A stretch of DNA of 64,000 bases. Origin: Eledone cirrhosa. Lineage: Eukaryota. Every line of letters starts with the position of its first letter. The stretch's first letter is position 1. The position numbers were made by a program, and so were the translations under genes. The stretch is from NCBI GenBank assembly GCA_964016885.1, contig OZ024756.1, positions 4,526,001 through 4,590,000 of the forward strand, given 5' to 3'. Below are positions 1 to 13,813 of the stretch, piece after piece. Under the pieces are notes generated by a model. The model had not been told where the DNA came from. It saw only the letters and a program-made list of their open reading frames with translations, and did not search any database.

Positions 1-3000
1 GAGATATACTAAGATATAATGTAGAAATACTGGAGATATATACTGGGGATATACTGAAGATATACTGGGGTATACTGGAAATATACTGGAGATATACTGG
101 ATATATACTGGAGATATATTGGAGATATACCGGAGATATACTGGATATATTCTGGAGATATATTGCAGATATACTGGAGATAAACTGGAGATACACTGGA
201 GATATAGTGAAGATATACTGGAGATATACTGGAGATATTCTGGAAATATACTGGAGATATACTCGAGATATACTGAAGATATATTAGAGATATATGAAGA
301 TATACTGGAGAAATACTGGAGATATATACTGGGGATATACTGAAGATATACTGGGGTATACTGTAGATATACTGGGGTATACTGTAGATATACTGGAGAT
401 ATACTGGAGATATACTGGAGATATACTGGAGATATACTGGAGATATACTGGAGATATACTGGAGATATACTGGAGATATACTGGACATATACTGTAGATA
501 TACTGGAGATATACTGAAGTTATATAGAAGATATATTGGAGATATACTAAGATATAGTGTAGAAATACTGGAGATATATACTGGGGATATACTGAAGATA
601 TACTGGGGTATACTGTAGATATACTGTAGATATACTGGAGATATACTGGGGATATACTGGAGATATACTGGAGATATACTGGAGATATACGGGAGATATA
701 CAGGAGATATACTACAGATATACTGGATATATACTGTGGTTATACTGGAGATAAACTGGAGATAAACTGGAGATAAGCTGGAGATAAACTGGAGATATAC
801 TGGAGATATACTGGAGATATACTGGAGATATACTGGAGATATACTGGAGATATACAGGAGATATACAGGAGATACACTGGAGATACACTGGAGATATACT
901 GGAGATATACTGGGGATATACTGGAGATATACAGGAGATATACTAGAGATATACTGGAGATATACTGGGGATATACTGGAGATATACAGGAGAGATACTA
1001 TAGATATACTGGATATATACTGTGGTTATACTGGAGATATACAGGAGATATACTGGAGATATACTGGAGATATACTGGAGATATACTGGAGATATACTGG
1101 AGATATACTGGAGATATACTGGAGATATACTGGAGATTTACTGGAGATATAGTTGAGATATACTCGAGATATACTGGAGATATACTGGAGATATACTGGA
1201 GATATACTGGAGATATAGTGGACATATACTGGAGATATACTGGAGATATACTGGAGATATAGTGGACATATACTGGAGATATACAGGAGATATACTGAAA
1301 TATAATTGGAGATATACTGCAGGTATACTGGAGATATACTAGAGATATACTGGAGATATACTGGACATATACTGGAGATATACTCGAGATATACTGAAGA
1401 TATATTGGAGATATACTAAGATATACTGGAGAAATACTGGAGATATATACTGGGGATATACTGAAGATATACTGGGGTATACTGTAGATATACTGGATAT
1501 ATACTGGAGATATACTGGGGATATACTGGAGATATACTGGAGATATACTGGAGATATGCTGGAGATATACTGGAGATATACTGGAGATATACTAGAGATA
1601 TACTGGAGATATACTGGGGATATACTGGAGATATACAGGAGATATACTACAGATATACTGGATATATACTGTGGTTATACTGGAGATAAACTGGAGATAA
1701 ACTGGAGATATACTGGAGATATATTGGAGATATACTGGAGATATACGGGAGATATACTGGAGATATACTGGAGATATACTGGAGATATACTGGAGATATA
1801 CTGGAGATATACTGGAGATATACTGGAGATACACTGGGGATACACTGGAGATATAGTGGTGATATACTGGAGATATACTGGGGATATACTGGAAATCTAC
1901 AGGAGATAAACAGGAGATACACTGGAGATATAGTGGAGATATAGTGGAGATATACTGGAGATATACTGGAGATATACTGGAGACATATTGAAGATATACT
2001 GTAGATATACTGGAGATATACTGGAGATATACTAGAGATATACTGGAGATATACTGGGGATATACTGGAGATATACAGGAGATATACTACAGATATACTG
2101 GATATATACTGTGGTTATACTGGAGATATACTGGAGATATACTGGAGATATACTAGAGATATACTGGAGATATACTGGAGATATACTGGAGATATCCTGT
2201 AGATATACTGGAGATATACTGTAGATATACTGGACATATACTGGAGATATACTGGAGATATGCTGAAGATATATTGGAGATATACTGGAGATATATACTG
2301 GGGATATATTCTAGATATACTGGGGCATACTGGAGATATACTAGGGAAATACTGGAGATATACTGGGGATATACTGGGGATATACTGGAGATATACAGGA
2401 GATATACTGGAGTATACTGTAGATATACTGGGGTATACTGTAGATATACTGGAGATATACTGGAGATATACTGGAGATATACTGGACATATACTGGAGAT
2501 ATACTGGAGATATACTGGAGATATACTGGAGATATACAGGAGATATACAGAAGATATATTGGAGATATACTAAGATATACTGGAGAAATACTGGAGATAT
2601 ACTGGAGATATACTAGAGATATACTGGAGATATACTGGGGATATACTGGAGATATACAGAAGATATATTGGAGATATACTAAGTTATACTGGAGAAATAC
2701 TGGAGATATACTGGAGATATACTAGAGATATACTGGAGATATACTGGGGATATACTGGAGATATACAGGAGATATACTACAGATATACTGGATATATACT
2801 GTGGTTATACTGGAGATAAACTGGAGATAAACTGGAGATAAACTGGAGATAAATTGGATATATACTGGAGATATACGGAGATATAGTGGAGATATACTGG
2901 AGATATACTGGAGATATACTGGAGATATACTGGAGATATACTAGATATATACTGGGGATATACTGGAGATATACAGGAGAGATACTACAGATATACTGGA

Positions 3001-4778
3001 TATATACTGTGGTTATACTGGAGATATACAGGAGATATACTGGAGATATACTGGAGATATACTGGAGATATACTGGAGATATAACGGAGATTTTCTGGAG
3101 ATATAGTCGAGATATACTCGAGATATACTCGAGATATACTGGAGATATACTGTAGATATACTGGAGATATACTGGAGATATACTGGAGATATACTGGAGA
3201 TATACTGGAGATATAGTGGACATATACTGGAGATATACTGGAGATATACTGGAGATATAGTGGACATATACTTGAGATATACGGGAGATATACTGAAATA
3301 TAATTGGAGATATACTGCAGGTATACTGGAGATATACTAGAGATATACTGGAGATATACTGGAGATATACTAGACATACACAGGAGATATAATGGGGATA
3401 TACTGGAGATATACAGGAGATACACTACAGATATACTGGAGATACACTGGAGATATACTGGAGATATACTGGAGATATATTGGAGATATACTGGAGATAT
3501 ACTGGAGATATACTGGAGATATACTGGACATATACTGTAGATATACTGGAGATATACTGAAGTTATATAGAAGATATATTGGAGATATACTAAGATATAG
3601 TGTAGAAATACTGGAGATATATACTGGGGATATACTGAAGATATACTGGGGTATACTGTAGATATACTGTAGATATACTGGAGATATACTGGGGATATAC
3701 TGGAGATATACTGGAGATATACTGGAGATATACTGGAGATATACAGGAGATATACTACAGATATACTGGATATATACTGTGGTTATACTGGAGATAAACT
3801 GGAGATAAACTGGAGATAAGCTGGAGATAAACTGGAGATATACTGGAGATATACTGGAGATATACTGGAGATATACTGGAGATATACTGGAGATATACAG
3901 GAGATATACAGGAGATACACTGGAGATACACTGGAGATATACTGGAGATATACTGGGGATATACTGGAGATATACAGGAGATACACTGGAGACATATTGA
4001 AGATATACTGTAGATATACTGGAGATATACTGGAGATATACTAGAGATATACTGGAGATATACTGGGGATATACTGGAGATATACAGGAGAGATACTATA
4101 GATATACTGGATATATACTGTGGTTATACTGGAGATATACAGGAGATATACTGGAGATATACTGGAGATATACTGGAGATATACTGGAGATATACTGGAG
4201 ATATACTGGAGATTTACTGGAGATATAGTTGAGATATACTCGAGATATACTGGAGATATACTGGAGATATACTGGAGATATACTGGAGATATAGTGGACA
4301 TATACTGGAGATATACTGGAGATATACTGGAGATATAGTGGACATATACTGGAGATATACAGGAGATATACTGAAATATAATTGGAGATATACTGCAGGT
4401 ATACTGGAGATATACTAGAGATATACTGGAGATATACTGGACATATACTGGAGATATACTCGAGATATACTGAAGATATATTGGAGATATACTAAGATAT
4501 ACTGGAGAAATACTGGAGATATATACTGGGGATATACTGAAGATATACTGGGGTATACTGCAGATATACTGGGGTATACTGTAGATATACTGGAGATATA
4601 CTGGAGATATACTGGAGATATACTGGAGATATACTGGAAATATACTGGAGATATACTGGAAATATACTGGAGATATACTGGAGATATACTGGACATATAC
4701 TGGACATATACTGGAGATATACTGGAAATATACTGGAGATATACTGGAGATATACAGAAGATATATTGGAGATATACT
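1..4778 (+). repeat. Satellite subdomain A, copy 1 (more diverged variant set)
   Basis: Diagnostic monomers: 13-mer GGAGATATATACT, 10-mers GGGGTATACT and AAGATATACT, the triplet ACAGATATACT-GGATATATACT-GTGGTTATACT, GCAGGTATACT and GAAGTTATATA. GATATCC variants are almost absent. Confidence 0.85.
470..4560 (+). repeat. Internal ~1-kb duplication within subdomain A (~470-1495 vs ~3513-4560, offset 3043-3076)
   Basis: Rare marker GAAGTTATATAGAAG at 516 and 3559, followed by the same downstream order (GATAAGCT, GATATAGTTGAG, GAAATATAATT, GCAGGTATACT). Confidence 0.85.
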
Positions 4779-7700
4779 GGAGATATACTGGAGATATACT
4801 GGAGATGTAGTAGAGATAAACTGGAGATATACTGGAAATATACTGGAGATATACTGAGATATACTGGAGATATACCTTAGATATACTTTAGATATACTGC
4901 AGATATACTGGAGATTTACTGGAGATATACTGGAGATTTACTGGAGAAATACTGGAGATATACTGGAGATATCCTGGAGATATCCTGTAGATATACTGAA
5001 GATATCCTGGAAATATCCTGGAGATATACTGGGGATATACTAGAGATATACTGGAGATATACTGGGGATATACTAGAGATATACTGAGATATACTGGAGA
5101 TTTACTGGAGATATACTGGAGATATACTGGATATATACTGGAGATATACTGGATATATACTGGAGATATCCTGGAGAAATCCTGGAGATATACTGGAGAT
5201 ATACTGGAGATATACCGGAGATATATTGTTGATATACTTAGATATACTGGAGATATACTGGAGATATACTGGATATATACTAGAGATATACTGGAGATAT
5301 ACTGGTTACATACTAGAGATATACTGGAGATATCCTGGTGATATACTGGAGATATACTGGAGATATACTGGAGATATATTGTTGATATACTTAGATATAC
5401 TGGAGATATACTGGAGATATACTGGAGATATACTGGATATATACTAGATATATACTGGAGATATACTGGTTATATACTAGAGATATACTGGAGATATACT
5501 GGAGATATACTGGAGATATACTGGAGATATACTGGAGATATACTGGAGATATACTGGAGATATACTGTAGATATACTGGAGATATACTGGGGATATACTG
5601 GAGATATACTGAGATATACTGTAGATATCCGAGAGATATACTGGAGATATACTGGAGATATACTGGAGATATACTGGAGATATACTGGAGATATACTGGG
5701 GATATAATGGAGATATACTGAGATATACTGTAGATATCCGAGAGATAAACTGGAGATATACTGGAGATATGCTGGAGATATACTGGTGATATACTGGAGA
5801 TATCCTGGAGATATACTGGAGATATACTGGGGATATAATGGAGATATACTGAGATATACTGTAGATATCCGAGAGATATACTGGAGATATGCTGGAGATA
5901 TACTGGAGATATACTGGAGATATACTGGAGATATCCTGGAGATATACTGGAGATATACTGGAGATATACTGGGGATATAATGGAGATATACTGAGATATA
6001 CTGTAGATATCCGAGAGATATACTGGAGATATACTGGAGATATACTGGAGATATACTGGAGATATACTGGAGATATACTGGAGATATACTGGAGATATAC
6101 TGTAGATATACTGGAGATATACTGGAGATATACTGGAGATATACTGGAGATATACTGGAGATATACTGGAGATATACTGGAGATATACTGGAGATATCCT
6201 GGAGATATCCTGGAGATATCCTGGAGATATACTGAAGATATCCTGGAGATATCCTGGAGATATACTGGGGATATACTAGAGATATACTGAGATATACTGG
6301 AGATATACTGGAGATATACTGGAGATATACTGGAGATATCCTGGAGATATACTGTAGATGTAGTAGAGATATCCTGGAGATATACTGGAGATATACTGGA
6401 GATATACTGGAGATATACTGGAGATATACTGGAGATATACTGGAGATATACTGGAGATATACTGGAGATGTAGTAGAGATAAACTGGAGATATACTGGAA
6501 ATATACTGGAGATATACTGAGATATACTGGAGATATACCTTAGATATACTTTAGATATACTGCAGATATACTGGAGATATACTGGAGATATACTGGAGAT
6601 TTACTGGAGATATACTGGAGATATACTGGAGATATCCTGGAGATATCCTGTAGATATACTGAAGATATCCTGGAAATATCCTGGAGATATACTGGGGATA
6701 TACTAGAGATATACTGGAGATATACTGGGGATATACTAGAGATATACTGAGATATACTGGAGATTTACTGGAGATATACTGGAGATATACTGGATATATA
6801 CTGGAGATATCCTGGAGAAATCATGGAGATACACTGGAGATATACTGGAGATATACTGGAGATATATTGTTGATATACTTAGATATACTGGAGATATACT
6901 GGAGATATACTGGATATATACTAGAGATATACTGGAGATATACTGGTTACATACTAGAGATATACTGGAGATATCCTGGTGATATACTGGAGATATACTG
7001 GAGATATACTGGAGATATATTGTTGATATACTTAGATATACTGGAGATATACTTGAGATATACTGGATATATACTAGATATATACTGGAGATATACTGGT
7101 TATATACTAGAGATATACTGGAGATATACTGGAGATATACTGGAGATATACTGGAGATATACTGGAGATATACTGGAGATATACTGGAGATATACTGTAG
7201 ATATACTGGAGATATACTGGGGATATACTGGAGATATACTGAGATATACTGTAGATATCCGAGAGATATACTGGAGATATACTGGAGATATACTGGAGAT
7301 ATACTGGAGATATACTGGAGATATACTGGGGATATAATGGAGATATACTGAGATATACTGTAGATATCCGAGAGATAAACTGGAGATATACTGGAGATAT
7401 GCTGGAGATATACTGGTGATATACTGGAGATATCCTGGAGATATACTGGAGATATACTGGGGATATAATGGAGATATACTGAGATATACTTCAGATATCC
7501 GAGAGATATACTGGAGATATCCTGGAGATACACAGGAGATATACTGGAGATATCCTGGAGATATACTGGAGATATAGTGGAGATATACTGGGGTTATAAT
7601 GGAGATATACTGAGATATACTGTAGATATCCGAGAGATATACTGGAGATATGCTGGAGATATACTGGAGATATACTGGAGATATACTGGAGATATCCTGG

Positions 7701-8968
7701 AGATATACTGGAGATATACTGGAGATATACTGGGGATATAATGGAGATATACTGAGATATACTGTAGATATCCGAGAGATATACTGGAGATATACTGGAG
7801 ATATACTGGAGATATACTGGAGATATACTGGAGATATACTGGAGATATACTGGAGATATACTGGAGATATACTGGAGATATACTGGAGATATACTGGAGA
7901 TATACTGGAGATATACTGGAGATATACTGGAGATATACTGGAGATATACTGGAGATATACTGGAGATATACTGGAGATATACTGGAGATATACTGGAGAT
8001 ATACTGGAGATATACTGAGATATACTGGGGATATACTTTAGAGATACTGCAGATATACTGGAGATATACTGGAGATATACTGGAGATGTAGTAGAGATAA
8101 ACTGGAGATAAACTGGAGATATACTGGAGATATGCTGGAGATATACTGGAGATATACTGGAGATATACTGGAGATATACTGGAGATATACTGGAGATATA
8201 CTGGAGATATACTGGAGATATACTGGGGATATACTGGAGATATACTGGAGATATACTGGAGATATACTGGAGATATACTGGAGATATACTGGAGATATAC
8301 TGAGATATACTGGGGATATACTTTAGATATACTTTAGATATACTGCAGATATACTTGAGATATACTGGAGATATATTGGAGATTTACTGGAGATTTACTG
8401 GAGATATACTGGAGATATACTGGAGATATCCTGGAGATATCCTGGAGATATCCTGGAGATATACTGAAGATATCCTGGAGATATCCTGGAGATATACTGG
8501 GGATATACTAGAGATATACTGAGATATACTGGAGATATACTGGAGATATACTGGAGATTTCCTGGAGATATCCTGGAGATATACTGGAGATATACTGTAG
8601 ATATAGTAGAGATATCCTGGAGATATACTGGAGATATACTGGAGATATACTGGAGATATACTGGAGATATACTGGAGATGTAGTAGAGATAAACTGGAGA
8701 TATACTGGAAATATACTGGAGATATACTGAGATATACTGGAGATATACCTTAGATATACCTTAGATATACTTCAGATTTACTGGAGATATACTGGAGATA
8801 TACTGGAGATATCCTGGAGATATCCTGGAGATATACTGAAGATATCCTGGAGATATCCTGGAGATATACTGGGGATATACTAGAGATATACTGGAGATAT
8901 ACTGGGGATATACTAGAGATATACTGAGATATACTGGAGATTTACTGGAGATATACTGGAGATATACT
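4779..8968 (+). repeat. Satellite subdomain B, first block, with an internal ~1.63-1.76-kb duplication
   Basis: Diagnostic monomers: 10-mer GAGATATACT, GGAGATATCCT, GGAGATGTAGT-AGAGATAAACT, GTAGATATCCG-AGAGATATACT, GGGGATATAAT and GGAGATATATT-GTTGATATACT-TAGATATACT. Matching markers at 5226/6867 (offset 1641) and 5889/7650 (offset 1761). Confidence 0.85.
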
Positions 8969-11900
8969 GGACATATACTGGAGATATACTGGAAATATAC
9001 TGGAGATATACTGGAGATATACAGAAGATATATTGGAGATATACTAAGATATAATGTAGAAATACTGGAGATATATACTGGGGATATACTGAAGATATAC
9101 TGGGGTATACTGGAAATATACTGGAGATATACTGGATATATACTGGAGATATATTGGAGATATACCGGAGATATACTGGATATATTCTGGAGATATATTG
9201 CAGATATACTGGAGATAAACTGGAGATACACTGGAGATATAGTGAAGATATACTGGAGATATACTGGAGATATTCTGGAAATATACTGGAGATATACTCG
9301 AGATATACTGAAGATATATTAGAGATATATGAAGATATACTGGAGAAATACTGGAGATATATACTGGGGATATACTGAAGATATACTGGGGTATACTGTA
9401 GATATACTGGGGTATACTGTAGATATACTGGAGATATACTGGAGATATACTGGAGATATACTGGAGATATACTGGAGATATACTGGAGATATACTGGAGA
9501 TATACTGGAGATATACTGGACATATACTGTAGATATACTGGAGATATACTGAAGTTATATAGAAGATATATTGGAGATATACTAAGATATAGTGTAGAAA
9601 TACTGGAGATATATACTGGGGATATACTGAAGATATACTGGGGTATACTGTAGATATACTGTAGATATACTGGAGATATACTGGGGATATACTGGAGATA
9701 TACTGGAGATATACTGGAGATATACGGGAGATATACAGGAGATATACTACAGATATACTGGATATATACTGTGGTTATACTGGAGATAAACTGGAGATAA
9801 ACTGGAGATAAGCTGGAGATAAACTGGAGATATACTGGAGATATACTGGAGATATACTGGAGATATACTGGAGATATACTGGAGATATACAGGAGATATA
9901 CAGGAGATACACTGGAGATACACTGGAGATATACTGGAGATATACTGGGGATATACTGGAGATATACAGGAGATATACTAGAGATATACTGGAGATATAC
10001 TGGGGATATACTGGAGATATACAGGAGAGATACTATAGATATACTGGATATATACTGTGGTTATACTGGAGATATACAGGAGATATACTGGAGATATACT
10101 GGAGATATACTGGAGATATACTGGAGATATACTGGAGATATACTGGAGATATACTGGAGATATACTGGAGATTTACTGGAGATATAGTTGAGATATACTC
10201 GAGATATACTGGAGATATACTGGAGATATACTGGAGATATACTGGAGATATAGTGGACATATACTGGAGATATACTGGAGATATACTGGAGATATAGTGG
10301 ACATATACTGGAGATATACAGGAGATATACTGAAATATAATTGGAGATATACTGCAGGTATACTGGAGATATACTAGAGATATACTGGAGATATACTGGA
10401 CATATACTGGAGATATACTCGAGATATACTGAAGATATATTGGAGATATACTAAGATATACTGGAGAAATACTGGAGATATATACTGGGGATATACTGAA
10501 GATATACTGGGGTATACTGTAGATATACTGGATATATACTGGAGATATACTGGGGATATACTGGAGATATACTGGAGATATACTGGAGATATGCTGGAGA
10601 TATACTGGAGATATACTGGAGATATACTAGAGATATACTGGAGATATACTGGGGATATACTGGAGATATACAGGAGATATACTACAGATATACTGGATAT
10701 ATACTGTGGTTATACTGGAGATAAACTGGAGATAAACTGGAGATATACTGGAGATATATTGGAGATATACTGGAGATATACGGGAGATATACTGGAGATA
10801 TACTGGAGATATACTGGAGATATACTGGAGATATACTGGAGATATACTGGAGATATACTGGAGATACACTGGGGATACACTGGAGATATAGTGGTGATAT
10901 ACTGGAGATATACTGGGGATATACTGGAAATCTACAGGAGATAAACAGGAGATACACTGGAGATATAGTGGAGATATAGTGGAGATATACTGGAGATATA
11001 CTGGAGATATACTGGAGACATATTGAAGATATACTGTAGATATACTGGAGATATACTGGAGATATACTAGAGATATACTGGAGATATACTGGGGATATAC
11101 TGGAGATATACAGGAGATATACTACAGATATACTGGATATATACTGTGGTTATACTGGAGATATACTGGAGATATACTGGAGATATACTAGAGATATACT
11201 GGAGATATACTGGAGATATACTGGAGATATCCTGTAGATATACTGGAGATATACTGTAGATATACTGGACATATACTGGAGATATACTGGAGATATGCTG
11301 AAGATATATTGGAGATATACTGGAGATATATACTGGGGATATATTCTAGATATACTGGGGCATACTGGAGATATACTAGGGAAATACTGGAGATATACTG
11401 GGGATATACTGGGGATATACTGGAGATATACAGGAGATATACTGGAGTATACTGTAGATATACTGGGGTATACTGTAGATATACTGGAGATATACTGGAG
11501 ATATACTGGAGATATACTGGACATATACTGGAGATATACTGGAGATATACTGGAGATATACTGGAGATATACAGGAGATATACAGAAGATATATTGGAGA
11601 TATACTAAGATATACTGGAGAAATACTGGAGATATACTGGAGATATACTAGAGATATACTGGAGATATACTGGGGATATACTGGAGATATACAGAAGATA
11701 TATTGGAGATATACTAAGTTATACTGGAGAAATACTGGAGATATACTGGAGATATACTAGAGATATACTGGAGATATACTGGGGATATACTGGAGATATA
11801 CAGGAGATATACTACAGATATACTGGATATATACTGTGGTTATACTGGAGATAAACTGGAGATAAACTGGAGATAAACTGGAGATAAATTGGATATATAC

Positions 11901-13813
11901 TGGAGATATACGGAGATATAGTGGAGATATACTGGAGATATACTGGAGATATACTGGAGATATACTGGAGATATACTAGATATATACTGGGGATATACTG
12001 GAGATATACAGGAGAGATACTACAGATATACTGGATATATACTGTGGTTATACTGGAGATATACAGGAGATATACTGGAGATATACTGGAGATATACTGG
12101 AGATATACTGGAGATATAACGGAGATTTTCTGGAGATATAGTCGAGATATACTCGAGATATACTCGAGATATACTGGAGATATACTGTAGATATACTGGA
12201 GATATACTGGTGATATACTGGAGATATACTGGAGATATACTGGAGATATAGTGGACATATACTGGAGATATACTGGAGATATACTGGAGATATAGTGGAC
12301 ATATACTTGAGATATACGGGAGATATACTGAAATATAATTGGAGATATACTGCAGGTATACTGGAGATATACTAGAGATATACTGGAGATATACTGGAGA
12401 TATACTAGACATACACAGGAGATATAATGGGGATATACTGGAGATATACAGGAGATACACTACAGATATACTGGAGATACACTGGAGATATACTGGAGAT
12501 ATACTGGAGATATATTGGAGATATACTGGAGATATACTGGAGATATACTGGAGATATACTGGACATATACTGTAGATATACTGGAGATATACTGAAGTTA
12601 TATAGAAGATATATTGGAGATATACTAAGATATAGTGTAGAAATACTGGAGATATATACTGGGGATATACTGAAGATATACTGGGGTATACTGTAGATAT
12701 ACTGTAGATATACTGGAGATATACTGGGGATATACTGGAGATATACTGGAGATATACTGGAGATATACTGGAGATATACAGGAGATATACTACAGATATA
12801 CTGGATATATACTGTGGTTATACTGGAGATAAACTGGAGATAAACTGGAGATAAGCTGGAGATAAACTGGAGATATACTGGAGATATACTGGAGATATAC
12901 TGGAGATATACTGGAGATATACTGGAGATATACAGGAGATATACAGGAGATACACTGGAGATACACTGGAGATATACTGGAGATATACTGGGGATATACT
13001 GGAGATATACAGGAGATACACTGGAGACATATTGAAGATATACTGTAGATATACTGGAGATATACTGGAGATATACTAGAGATATACTGGAGATATACTG
13101 GGGATATACTGGAGATATACAGGAGAGATACTATAGATATACTGGATATATACTGTGGTTATACTGGAGATATACAGGAGATATACTGGAGATATACTGG
13201 AGATATACTGGAGATATACTGGAGATATACTGGAGATATACTGGAGATTTACTGGAGATATAGTTGAGATATACTCGAGATATACTGGAGATATACTGGA
13301 GATATACTGGAGATATACTGGAGATATAGTGGACATATACTGGAGATATACTGGAGATATACTGGAGATATAGTGGACATATACTGGAGATATACAGGAG
13401 ATATACTGAAATATAATTGGAGATATACTGCAGGTATACTGGAGATATACTAGAGATATACTGGAGATATACTGGACATATACTGGAGATATACTCGAGA
13501 TATACTGAAGATATATTGGAGATATACTAAGATATACTGGAGAAATACTGGAGATATATACTGGGGATATACTGAAGATATACTGGGGTATACTGCAGAT
13601 ATACTGGGGTATACTGTAGATATACTGGAGATATACTGGAGATATACTGGAGATATACTGGAGATATACTGGAAATATACTGGAGATATACTGGAAATAT
13701 ACTGGAGATATACTGGAGATATACTGGACATATACTGGACATATACTGGAGATATACTGGAAATATACTGGAGATATACTGGAGATATACAGAAGATATA
13801 TTGGAGATATACT
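8969..13813 (+). repeat. Satellite subdomain A, copy 2
   Basis: Same variant order as 1-4778 at offset 9035; ORF-track entries 9/9044, 998/10033, 2777/11812 and 4492/13527 are identical. Confidence 0.88.
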
